64,000 nt of DNA from a virus (Duplodnaviria; Caudoviricetes). The notes beneath the pieces were generated by a model. The model worked only from the letters and a program-made list of their open reading frames with translations, was not told the origin of the DNA and ran no database searches. Below are positions 37,201-44,865 of this stretch, in pieces. Both the position numbers and the translations under genes were made by a program. Where the stretch lies: positions 4,336-68,335 of IMG/VR virus record IMGVR_UViG_3300025066_000003; one strand, 5' to 3'. The first letter of the stretch is position 1, and the number at the start of each line of letters is the position of its first letter.

Positions 37201-39707
37201 AAGAGTTTCTCTTTAACTAAAGCTTGTCCCTCGTCTCCTGCTTTTCTAATCTCCGGCATAAGTATATTAATATCATCCTCAAGAGCTTGTAATCGGGTTT
37301 TCTTATCCCTTCGAGCAAAGGTCTTATCTATTGATTCAAGTGCCCTAGCAAAATCTTGCTCAAGTCCTTTGATTTCTTTTTTAGGAGCACCACGCCATCC
37401 TGCTTCTTCTATACTTTCAGCTATTTGGATTAGCTTAGCTAAGAATGCCCCTTCCTCTGTAACCGAAAAATTATAATCCTTAAATCTAATTTCAGGTATC
37501 ATCTCTGTGGGCAAGAAGTCTATTCCTTCTTTTTCATACCATTTCTCTAGAGCATCTATAGCCTCATCATATGCTTTATGTGTCTCATCTTCCACTCTAC
37601 CATTTTTCTTTTCTCTATTAGCTCTCTTACGAATAGTATCAATATCATTTTGAAGGGTAGTTAACTTAGTTCTTTGAAAAGTATTTAAACCAGAATGGTC
37701 TCTTTCTGGCACAGGAACTTCTATGGCTGGTTTGCCCTTTTCTTCTGAGATGTTTTTACGTGCTTTTCTCCATAGTTCAGCTGCTCTTTTTTTATTCATA
37801 GCAAGGCGTTCTGTTAAATTTGCAGGTCCATGTTTACCTGCGTCTGCTATAAACCTCATTATAATTGGTTCTAATGCTTCAATAGGAATATAGTTTCCAT
37901 TTAGTTTCTTATAGATATACTCTAAGAACATACCAACATCATCAGCCAATAAATGGTTTTTTTCGAACATAGCATCGTCTAATAATCGTGCACCATGTCC
38001 TGTTTCTCCTGCCGTTTGATCAAGAATATCAGCTAAGAATTTTAGGTAGTGGTCTTTCGTTAACTGTTTTATAAGACCTTCGGGAGTTCCGTCGACCGTG
38101 GTAGTTGGGGAGTGTCCTAATACTCGATTCTTCCACATTTCACTTGGGTTCCACCCATGTTTCCTAGCACTATTCCAAAAATTCGTATAGAAGGAGCCGC
38201 GAAATAAACCAGAGAGTACTCCACCAAGAACAAAACCAGCACCACCAAATAGCAGTGAAGCTTGTACTGCCTCTCCCCCACTAAAGGTAACGTCATGATT
38301 ACCTATACCATAAGTAAGATCTGCTATTATCCGTCTGTCTTTCTGAGATCCAATAGACCAGCCCACTCCTGTGGCTGCTCCCCAGATACCTGAAGCAGAT
38401 GCGGTGTGTCCTAGTGATGCAACACTTCTCGAAGCATTCTGAAAAGCTAGAAATTCTGCAACACTTCCTAATTTTATGGAGCCCCATCCCATACTACTTA
38501 TTAATTTTTCACTAGTTCCTTGTGCAAATCTTTGTGCTAGTCGGGATTCTCCCACTAGCATTTTTCCTGTGACGAGTTTCTTACCAATCAAAGGAACGTC
38601 TTTAAGTACTCCTAGTTTCCTTAGTTCTAATACCTCATTCTCAAAGATTGGTGCAGTTTTTACGATACCCTTAGAATCTGTTAAATGAAGTACTTTAACT
38701 TTTCTTACTCCCTTACCTACACCTAGAGGAACATCTATAGTATCCCAAATCATAGCTGAGTATTTTCCTTTGCGTATACTTCCAGCAAGTCGTTTAATTC
38801 GTCCAGCTGCCTTTAGTGCTTCGCCCCCTGTCTTTAGTAGTGTCCCAACTCCTCCTGTTAGAGGTATAGTTACCACTGTATCTAGAGCAATCTCGTAATC
38901 AGTAAAGATATCTACAAGTAGCCCTTTGCCTATATCTCCAAAGACTTTATTAGAGTTTTCCCCTGTTATATAATCTTGGTAATCATATCTACTTTGAGCC
39001 CATTGTTGTAAATAGATATCCCTTAGTCTTCTTTTTGCTAGATAGGTGTATGCTTGAGCATTCTTAGTTCCTATCCCATGACTCTCTGGGTCCCACCCGT
39101 TCTGCTCTAACGCTTTTCGAGCAAGATCTGCTTGTTTTCCAAACTCTTTATTTAGAGCATCTATCCATCCGTCTGTCTTAAAATCCTTGAAGGTTGGGTC
39201 TACTTGTTCGGTCATTTCTATAACCGAATCAAAGTTCCAGTTGTTAGATAACCACCTAATAGCCTTTGCATTATATTTCACCATACCAACTACAGGATTA
39301 AGATCTGTTAGTTTCCACTCTTCATCTTGTCCTGCCGTTAGTCCACCCCAAAGATTCCATGGACTTGATTCTATATTCTTATCTTCCATATTAGCAAGTT
39401 GTCTATCGTAATTCACAGCAAACGGAGAGGCTCCATAGAGTCCAGATCTCCAGTGTGCTCTATTCGTTAGTAACCTAGGTTTCCAGAAGTCATCAACATC
39501 TGTTCTTCGGTGTCCTGTATAAAAAGAGAGATCTCCAGATTTCCCTGAATCATTGACCTGTACTTTGTTTCTTGCTGCTTCATCCATGATCTCTGTCTTC
39601 ATAGCTGCAGGAAAGATTGCCCTTGGAGCTCTATCACTAGCCCAACGGAGTCGGTCGCTAAAGCTAGGACCTTGGTTAAATGCCGGATGTGTTGTGAATG
39701 TTGTCAT
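28293..39707 (-). CDS. Giant internal virion/ejection protein (T7 gp16-like C-terminus), 3804 aa
   Basis: Gly/Ala-rich hydrophobic N-region; C-terminal LGRLFAFYASYPISF plus hydrophobic helices; follows gp14- and gp15-like genes. Confidence 0.65.
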   Translation of the reverse strand: MTTFTTHPAFNQGPSFSDRLRWASDRAPRAIFPAAMKTEIMDEAARNKVQVNDSGKSGDLSFYTGHRRTDVDDFWKPRLLTNRAHWRSGLYGASPFAVNYDRQLANMEDKNIESSPWNLWGGLTAGQDEEWKLTDLNPVVGMVKYNAKAIRWLSNNWNFDSVIEMTEQVDPTFKDFKTDGWIDALNKEFGKQADLARKALEQNGWDPESHGIGTKNAQAYTYLAKRRLRDIYLQQWAQSRYDYQDYITGENSNKVFGDIGKGLLVDIFTDYEIALDTVVTIPLTGGVGTLLKTGGEALKAAGRIKRLAGSIRKGKYSAMIWDTIDVPLGVGKGVRKVKVLHLTDSKGIVKTAPIFENEVLELRKLGVLKDVPLIGKKLVTGKMLVGESRLAQRFAQGTSEKLISSMGWGSIKLGSVAEFLAFQNASRSVASLGHTASASGIWGAATGVGWSIGSQKDRRIIADLTYGIGNHDVTFSGGEAVQASLLFGGAGFVLGGVLSGLFRGSFYTNFWNSARKHGWNPSEMWKNRVLGHSPTTTVDGTPEGLIKQLTKDHYLKFLADILDQTAGETGHGARLLDDAMFEKNHLLADDVGMFLEYIYKKLNGNYIPIEALEPIIMRFIADAGKHGPANLTERLAMNKKRAAELWRKARKNISEEKGKPAIEVPVPERDHSGLNTFQRTKLTTLQNDIDTIRKRANREKKNGRVEDETHKAYDEAIDALEKWYEKEGIDFLPTEMIPEIRFKDYNFSVTEEGAFLAKLIQIAESIEEAGWRGAPKKEIKGLEQDFARALESIDKTFARRDKKTRLQALEDDINILMPEIRKAGDEGQALVKEKLLNLLVKKLGAESPQGDHAKSGAWFDRVMRSGPGKGLTKIATLGSGYSSMVYSIAHEIRLLARMIDSSHEALADDIALFGRMRSVWSAQRQAFRDGGHVVTAVNRAETELGVVSTNVIQDIVSAKRLAGEAITAEDFSRAGFNFRDTVSALKHAEDISKAVQTFFGSNLERGVEVQLLKKAMDSDRYISMMFVDTLPDSEILRIGREAWEIQAKELWLDKTVAWVELEALGLLNLAKDEGGNILGIHSIPEDSFFNVGLPVQEIEKLLTKLSREDLRAWQGLADRNRIAQGLDVHPNRLDNLTATLEKKRLDINKVSPETVESYYKGSKGRYLVALGENNLPKAAKELYTLQRQISEFKRFNPESSVEHSLYLKEHLQHLEKEYGITIVDPMSQPYTKDVTWIVDKWHSDPKPGALTKDPVVIAVNHPEVRRGTKILKEARVVVTDIVGAQDIPAVGYMKDLADSIGVVEKGQKVVHTPVSGEPRFTEPLVIEKIVIKTSTEDLDATRVLRANEIYKDKYQGEVEIGALTKDEARRYAMEDATRELKKAKPEEYTHTMVKVEGIDDLIPSHELQTVGRNLTPDEFDGAAKYLRYNSLYNAEDYDMLGAHDLMTLVEALSGTTLSPIEIGITKRALRNSGITSSDLTEHLTTSQSMRELFSLAMQNDIDISTFIPAYLQKTIQDASKVNRRNVVTWLNETNPKPAKSELLKAIGTPDRVKEAVDLINKRIYDLEDLLPESSILVERGVISLDDDGVASLLKPLQGEDLEVYTAAVNKVKSKYESRLTTEQLGLIRREEWDTLAATSTDILHKIHEIKQGFINDNLARISSGEASVNNRIAMTNAIEEEFPGLKLWDPADDISDDIFRASVSKWENSFADAHGTGLHREASDFVGPPKPTVEIKQPKVVDPITPEEMASHMASDTQVGKVLDESSKKNAKHVTQSQRVQKYFPESTSDQLKDRKYIASKMAEVKRLEYLDNVDARITSDLNKVSAAISEVEERIGALRELPPEVMKEHSDLLVKEMILRTDLAEAKIKREFGGYDKDVEKLEKEILDKVDDMLALDESDLALRIKGDRLDFEESLPSAYRGMSPEDIKQSIVDLKEVRSDVIKRKKKYKKDSPKYNKALGEERALSGGINKLEASMDIADQAVTSISALQDEMSLAVAKLEDRILKIHGTRKFMDPKADEVITHIQNKLDKNIKRQTKLIPLNTLEDRMDRLMLDRERLNYIKTLRDENYDLTDFSKGATLMELLDTKLHWWEQGKLAKEANAELKLETEALHKELARVEQKVFGTGEHALIPERKRTGTVGDYIYLMSRRPERAEEYLKGIAVAALSYAKKKGWIATEANTSIAPESLLGQEMEDILQDFFTMATLPYHKYNTSPVEQIVAYANASGNPMTPHNADYLAKNLFSYERVLNPDTGKYFDRRVPKKRRFRGGEDSKVPMGLLIYQAANEIRRRRGGLTKLLQYPEARKHANSPYDDLFDPDSGDWAGSIDRFADPFGYEYGSTFGKPLASLEELAGREQFNEIVKSYFGKTAGLTIIEQAEKDRQYALVRLIMEQDKGGSRILRRGRERTVEEELSSREVRVKKDRVLREEEFPHRSEIYRKDGVIRPDKVAKMLRDRGFADASVATVRSDINALKNFYADSLSIFKEVEGSVRILNSSPETFRKWLDKAFSGDTHSFMGKPSQQLIDVKMDGKSLMDNSKYYLSNADELEVKLLGSVLSEGEREAVIQQMKTHLDVYTRDYDRFLDNIVIYGSDPISYMKNRMMLIEEELSKPRFTYIEDNKWFVKHGWARPDRERAFVISKGDYARYNKLQIEKAVLRRKLSNIKKDIYTTLARDIEQFEVPVVAKWLPDAAHGDTMFKLKDLLDTDAIRKKDFLAMHKMTDAQWKSTIYPHLVKLRKEGFVDTVNKRWQLTEKGRNHVDANEPIVINVHTPRDSFSPVVNKELLSNTQAKKLLGLSDSSTIKIQARDKQGFTKAMRQQYNNMVTLKRQSIKRGDLKMVAMYESQIRALKAQAITAETEVGMMLMKELRQIYKELEDIRNMRMYGQEVGPNAFKKFKNLTKVYEKGMKRAQFLEVRKHQIIDSLQEILGKKIYKDGAFAPPTSSVFSTSKRKLMSTADVGEDVGTTSSAAGLIEKLEKAGIDPEKINPNYRGSTDALTADEKYGEALTGISDHYTGRAKEKYKNNMTALQDGLWAWSRRMNGERAGTGSGFDPIMAGKYRNPDGSPHMGDHSRVFSAELLVKYPEFRKNFETDLRKIVANYSRTMGAQIRAQEVLNDWMKHLMVGVDQKYLKNIRWDDIFDLIEARVNNMTEIINKSGTMKIGGEERRSLVDAVKLAKHAYYDMIGRPYHEGWMEQTSLVKAANNVAQSMFGPGISTAVALVEFPMAILARSGDLGGLVNGMGIAARNVKHMNTLERSDLEGTSFVLDNYVHSGLHRHLSSIGDDLESRVSTRIRMAWSKMFEGSERVGTMDKVMENINNFLEGTAKIGSELSGLRQAINLVKAVAVGKAKYTIMKNVDGLMKFGELLDIHKIKTASTPGERVKYIKGIARKAGVNPTLAFRWYRAGLVGDNDGILLGKVVKNLLGMGSTLEGKSFDLGLMYRGMVEMEHTVGAGKALYEDVFDRLALFLELHAHDLSPEPRGLVRFGMYNSPLGRLFAFYASYPISFFMAYFKKNPSEMGTIGALATILTLTGFEAFHMQVRALQRGDDWDEVAEKWKENPWAMLFRHGSNTPWLGYTNGLIRETVFLPGINKILGDRDYPVSVGHTAGLGAVTKLFDSLRDVVKGNLLTRGANNASSNMRSIDRLMTGFDLESGGESAQASKFFEVLYDTMLPTKAFYWVLIDKMFDYEFDPQVSDNQEVIMRAYRPILEALEQSGDSKEFERIMRELNKEHFSNKRIHPSMPSRETPLFPQQRKDVPTPTGPMPEFYKPKSVPQVNPQDVVASLLKTPTYSSIPEDLV

Positions 39708-39715
39708 ATGTGTTC

Positions 39716-42700
39716 CTATTTAAGATCAGAAGTCAAGCGTTCTTGTATGAATGGCGAGAAAGTGTAAGGTAAGACAAACTCACCACCCCTCAAATCACCA
39801 GATATTTTTTTGGCTGTAATAAAAGGAGCTACTCCCCTTTGCATTGGGTTCCAGTCCCACTTAACTCTCATGCCTTTTTCCTCTATTTCTCCTCGTACTT
39901 CATTGTGTACATTATCAGGAAATACTATATTGATTTCAAAATCTGGAGAGTCTTTGCTTACCAATCTAAATGCTTTCCCTTTTTGGTTTTTAATTTTTTC
40001 TCTAGTAATTGCACCATCCATATTATTTTGGTTGATTACAAACGCAGGACTCCTTGTCTGTTCATTAACCCAACGACCATCTATATCCCTGTATATATTA
40101 CGAACATATAACGTAGGAAAATCATCTATAGGTGTACCATCGGGCATACTCAGTCTTAGTTGGACAGGGTATCCATCTCCATAGAGATTAAAGTATTGAT
40201 CTAATTGAGACTTCCTGATTTGATGACTAAGCTTAGTTTCAGTATCCCGGCGTTCCCCGCCAAAAGAATCTCTAAAGATTCCTAGTTCTGCATGAGTAAA
40301 GTCTTCTGGATTAGGATGTATAGATACTTGGTCTAGGTTTATCATTTCCTGTCTAGCAAATTCAGAGGGGTACTTTATACTATCTGAGGCTCTGTGAGAG
40401 TTGAGAGCCCATATCGCAATATCTGCTCTTGTTTTTAATTGGTTTCCTATCATACTATACACTTCTTGTGATGGAAAACTACCTGCAATATTTATGTAGT
40501 CATGTACAGCATTCTTATAAGAATATGCTTTGCTATTAGAACTTACTGAAGTTGGGGTATGTGTAAGTGGGTGGCTAATCCAATTACCTTCTGTGTCCAT
40601 CTCTCCTGGTATTGGTATCTCTCCTAGATGTATAGCATTAGCAAGGTTCTCTACTACTCTTTTGTACTCATGCTCTTCAGTATAATCTGGAGAAGATTCC
40701 CTTAGTTCTCTTGTGGTATTATAAAATTCTTGTACAGTTGGATGGGCTATCCATTTACCCCTAAAGAATTCACTATCAGCCAAGAATGAACCATCTTCTT
40801 TAATTAAGTAATCATCCATGACTAAGCGTATAGCACTATACATGTTATCTACAGCTTTAGGAGATGTTAGATCTATAGAAGATGATGTATCGTATAGCAT
40901 ACTATTGGTATCAAAGTTATCTGTGATCACATACTTACTGGCTGTAGAAAACCATGCTCTCATCGGTGTTGTTGGTCCTTCTAAAGCTCCTTCAGTATCT
41001 TTGGTAAAGTATACCCTACCGTTAGCCCCAAAGGAATCATCTATGTATATTGACCATTCTCCTGCAGCAAATTCGTCGCTTAGTGTATTATTCCAGAAAT
41101 CATTAAGAGATAAATCTTCTGACTCTCCTGTATCTGGATCAACAGGATGCTGAAAACGGTACTCTAGATACCGGAACATCATATCTTGCATAAAGTCACC
41201 GTATGAATTTGGGTCGAATTGTTGTGGTCCTAGAGATGTAGAGACTACTTTAGAGTAATAAGGATACATGGCTAGTTGATTAGAGTCACTCCACCTACTT
41301 CCCTCTTCTCTAGTTGCCTCAAGATAACCTCCACTACTTAGCACCCCTATTAGAGACTCGGCAGCTTCGTCTATATTCATGTCCCCCTCATAATCTGGAT
41401 CAGCAAGAAACTTATCAACCTCCTTACTAAAGCCCTTCACCCGAGTTTTTTCCCTAATTCCAGCGTATGTTATAGCATCATTAAGCAGTGTCACCATATT
41501 CTCGTCTAATGATAATTCTCCAGACATCATACCTAATGCTTGTGCTCTCTCCTCTGGATCAGATGGTAGGTTACCTATTTGTGTAGTAAGTTTATTATCG
41601 AGGTCATAAATAATCCATCCTAGTTTTCTATAGTCAGCATTGTTTTCGTTGGTCGTGAGGTTTTTTATAAGAGACCTACGAGATGCTTCATGGATATGGT
41701 ACTTACCATTATCGTCCGTTAGGTACATCCACTGTATTAAAGGATGGAACATCTTAGGATCTTGTATACTCTTTAACAAGGCATCCTTAACTGTGTTATC
41801 CAGTTTTCCAGTGGTGTTTACATTATGCATAAGAAGGCTATAGTTCTTATACTTTTCATACTCTACTTCCCCTAATACTTTTGCAGCATTCTCGATAGCA
41901 TTGGGAGTATCTGGGGTTCTTTGGCGTGTATCCTCTTCTCGGGATATTGCAGCTATAATATTTTCTAAGATATTTTTTTGACCAGATGTTGTACCCAAGC
42001 CATTTAAAGTATCTACCCCCCCAGCATCTTCAGATCCCCCAGCCTCTGCTACAGTATTCATTACTGTTTTAAACATATTATGAACAGTTACACCTATAGG
42101 ATCTGCTGGGTCAATTCTTTCGTACTCTACATGAGTGAGACCATTCTGATCTTTCCAAGTCTTCTTAATTATACCTAAGTGGTCATTCAGTAAAGTAGGA
42201 TCTCCTATATCTTCCTGTTCTTTGTCTGTTAAGTTTCCAGGATGCATATAGTCGTATGTGATACTAGAGTTATATTCTCCAGTATTACGATAGCTCTCTA
42301 TATTTTTAGTATTTTGTATGATACCATCCAAAGAATCGTCTAACGATTTATTGGTTACTAGGGCTTGAAAATAAGAGTAACCGTCCACATTAGTTAAGTA
42401 ACCTAGTAACATAGATGATTCCAAATGTGCGTTGAACCTAGTCAGAGAAGCGTCTTTTTCAAATTGAATTACCTGAGTTTCGAATTTTTCGAGTGCTTTC
42501 TCTCTCTGGGCTAACGCTTGGTCTCTGATACTTTTAGTTCTCTCTTCAGGATCTTTGATATTATCAAATGTTCCAAGTCTATCATGGTATGCTGTAAAAA
42601 TATCTATGAAATTATTCTTTGATAAGACTTTGTATCCTTCTAAAAGTTTAGTTTCTTTATTACCTTCTGGATTTGTAGCTATTGAAATAGCTCTATTGTC

Positions 42701-44173
42701 AAAGCCTCCAAGAATTCTAGGATGGATGATATTTGTTATAGTCTTAATATACAAAGAAAGATCTTCTTGTGATCCTTTTGAGGGATAGAAATCATCTATA
42801 TCTACCACATCTCCCCTAGCAATCGAGTCCTCATCCATAATAAGTTTGTGTTGCCTACGTATCTGTGTGTTGAGATCTCGCTCTACAGCGAATCTTTCAG
42901 ATACTATAGGAAAGATCTTATCTCGGACGAAGCTCTGGATTACTGCAGACTCTGAATCAAACCCGATTGTATTATCCCCAAGCCCAAGCCCTCTCATCAT
43001 ATCTTGGATGATTTCTGGATTCAAAAAATCTGGTCCATCTTCTCTAGTACCTAGTAAGGAATCTACAACAAAGTCTGTAAGATACGATGCTGGCATGTCC
43101 TCTACATTCCAAGTAACATCTTCAGGTATTGGAATGGAACCATTCTTAAAGTGTTCCTTGACCTGCATAATAAAAAGGTCTATTACTCCTTCTTCTTTTA
43201 TCTCGTCATACCAATCCGTTACAGCCTTAATACGAGATCTAGAAATAGTAGTATGTGCATTCCCAGCTATGTTCTCAATAGTCTGTTGATATACCCCACT
43301 ACCACGGAGCTCTGGATTATTTATATATACCGCCTCATTCCAGTTATCTATGATTTCATCTGCTTCTTCAAGAGTGATGTTAGGGTCTGCATCAAGCATA
43401 TTAACAATCTCAATAAGATCGGCACGATACTCACTAGCAGTTAACTCATTCATATGAGAGTTCAAGGAGTTCAGTCCCTTATAATACTCAGCACTTCCTC
43501 TGGAGGTTTGCATCTGTGTTTCAAGAGTCTTCCAGTTACTTGTTAGTATCTGTCGTTGCTTCTTAAAATTCCACTCAATAGGAAGGGCATCTAACATTTT
43601 CGCTATTTCTGCCGCCCCCTTGCCTTCTAGTGATCTAAAATCTACACCTTGAGAGATAGATAAGATTTCTGTGTTAGTTAACATAGAGAAATCTATCTCG
43701 TCATCACCTGTTTGGGGGTTTGACTTAGTTACCTCATTGAGTCTATCTGGTGTTAGATAATTTCTAGCCTCTTTAGTTCTCTTGAGAAGAGTATTGTTTC
43801 TTCCTTCTTCCCAATCATTCTCAAGACCTAAGAGTTTATTCATAGCCTCTATTTGTTTATCTTCGTCCTGCTTAATCCTTCGTTGTTCTTCTACTTTTTT
43901 ATATTTAGCTTGGGCATCCACAACACTTGTCATGTTTGTGGCAAATTCATTGAGCTGCTGAATAGATCCTTTAGCTACTTTGATATTATTAGGATCATGT
44001 TTGCCTGGACCTACAGCAAAAGAAGGAGCTGTTATATGCCCCTTCATATTTTGAGGAGATACAGGAGTAATTTGTGATCCTTCTTCGACAATCTGTCCAA
44101 GTTTGGTAAACTGTTCTATAGATCCTAGACCCCCGGTTCTCTCTCTACGTTTTTTGTTGTTAGGTTGTGGCAT
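39716..44173 (-). CDS. Large internal virion protein (gp15 slot), 1485 aa
   Basis: Position between gp14- and gp16-like genes; helical, acidic. Confidence 0.55.
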   Translation of the reverse strand: MPQPNNKKRRERTGGLGSIEQFTKLGQIVEEGSQITPVSPQNMKGHITAPSFAVGPGKHDPNNIKVAKGSIQQLNEFATNMTSVVDAQAKYKKVEEQRRIKQDEDKQIEAMNKLLGLENDWEEGRNNTLLKRTKEARNYLTPDRLNEVTKSNPQTGDDEIDFSMLTNTEILSISQGVDFRSLEGKGAAEIAKMLDALPIEWNFKKQRQILTSNWKTLETQMQTSRGSAEYYKGLNSLNSHMNELTASEYRADLIEIVNMLDADPNITLEEADEIIDNWNEAVYINNPELRGSGVYQQTIENIAGNAHTTISRSRIKAVTDWYDEIKEEGVIDLFIMQVKEHFKNGSIPIPEDVTWNVEDMPASYLTDFVVDSLLGTREDGPDFLNPEIIQDMMRGLGLGDNTIGFDSESAVIQSFVRDKIFPIVSERFAVERDLNTQIRRQHKLIMDEDSIARGDVVDIDDFYPSKGSQEDLSLYIKTITNIIHPRILGGFDNRAISIATNPEGNKETKLLEGYKVLSKNNFIDIFTAYHDRLGTFDNIKDPEERTKSIRDQALAQREKALEKFETQVIQFEKDASLTRFNAHLESSMLLGYLTNVDGYSYFQALVTNKSLDDSLDGIIQNTKNIESYRNTGEYNSSITYDYMHPGNLTDKEQEDIGDPTLLNDHLGIIKKTWKDQNGLTHVEYERIDPADPIGVTVHNMFKTVMNTVAEAGGSEDAGGVDTLNGLGTTSGQKNILENIIAAISREEDTRQRTPDTPNAIENAAKVLGEVEYEKYKNYSLLMHNVNTTGKLDNTVKDALLKSIQDPKMFHPLIQWMYLTDDNGKYHIHEASRRSLIKNLTTNENNADYRKLGWIIYDLDNKLTTQIGNLPSDPEERAQALGMMSGELSLDENMVTLLNDAITYAGIREKTRVKGFSKEVDKFLADPDYEGDMNIDEAAESLIGVLSSGGYLEATREEGSRWSDSNQLAMYPYYSKVVSTSLGPQQFDPNSYGDFMQDMMFRYLEYRFQHPVDPDTGESEDLSLNDFWNNTLSDEFAAGEWSIYIDDSFGANGRVYFTKDTEGALEGPTTPMRAWFSTASKYVITDNFDTNSMLYDTSSSIDLTSPKAVDNMYSAIRLVMDDYLIKEDGSFLADSEFFRGKWIAHPTVQEFYNTTRELRESSPDYTEEHEYKRVVENLANAIHLGEIPIPGEMDTEGNWISHPLTHTPTSVSSNSKAYSYKNAVHDYINIAGSFPSQEVYSMIGNQLKTRADIAIWALNSHRASDSIKYPSEFARQEMINLDQVSIHPNPEDFTHAELGIFRDSFGGERRDTETKLSHQIRKSQLDQYFNLYGDGYPVQLRLSMPDGTPIDDFPTLYVRNIYRDIDGRWVNEQTRSPAFVINQNNMDGAITREKIKNQKGKAFRLVSKDSPDFEINIVFPDNVHNEVRGEIEEKGMRVKWDWNPMQRGVAPFITAKKISGDLRGGEFVLPYTFSPFIQERLTSDLK

Positions 44174-44178
44174 TATTT

Positions 44179-44853
44179 TTAGTTTCCTTGTATCATATTA
44201 GACCAGCCACCATATGTGTCTTGAACCGATGAGTCCAGTCCGATTCCACTAGCTGCACCGCTAGCAAACATAGATGCTGCTGCTAAAGGAGATGTCTTTG
44301 CTGTTTGTACGAGTTGTGGGGCTGGACCAGAGAAATATGTAGATCCCTGATTATAACTATATAGATCTCTACTTGCTAAAGCTTTCTCTTGCTCACGAAT
44401 AATATTTTGTCGAGCCATGTAATTGTTTTCCCTAAGGGACTGCATCTCTTGACCACTGGACGTAAGGATCATATTACGTAATGCCTTGGCTGTTCCACTT
44501 TCGGGGGTCATCCCTGCTCCCGTTGCTTTGGATGCTAGGGCATCTAATGCTTGGTTACGTCCACGGCTTATCTGCATCATCTTACCACCGACACTCTTTC
44601 GGAGTTCTCTCTCCTGAAGCACACGGTTTTCATTAGCTGCTTTAGCGATCTCACGATTCTGTCTCCATCGAGCTTGATTAATTCTAGAGATTTCGATATT
44701 CTTCATCATGTTCTGAAGATTACCAATCATATTCTCACGATTGTAGTTCGACATTTGGATAGCATGTTGAGCTGCTTCTGCTTGTCGTTGGGCTGCATTG
44801 GCTTGCATGCCTGATAGCATACTTAAGCCGCCCATTACTAATCCTGCGTACAT
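44179..44853 (-). CDS. Internal virion protein (T7 gp14-like)
   Basis: Gly-rich hydrophobic N-terminus, Ala/Gln-rich helix, Gly/Ala/Ser-rich C-terminus. Confidence 0.7.
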   Translation of the reverse strand: MYAGLVMGGLSMLSGMQANAAQRQAEAAQHAIQMSNYNRENMIGNLQNMMKNIEISRINQARWRQNREIAKAANENRVLQERELRKSVGGKMMQISRGRNQALDALASKATGAGMTPESGTAKALRNMILTSSGQEMQSLRENNYMARQNIIREQEKALASRDLYSYNQGSTYFSGPAPQLVQTAKTSPLAAASMFASGAASGIGLDSSVQDTYGGWSNMIQGN

Positions 44854-44865
44854 ATGAATATCTCC

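Noticed and set aside
28293-39707. N4-like virion RNA polymerase
   Set aside because: Size is similar, but I could not find the ordered T7-type motifs (DxxGR, A, B, C), and the ends look like gp16; a profile search should confirm
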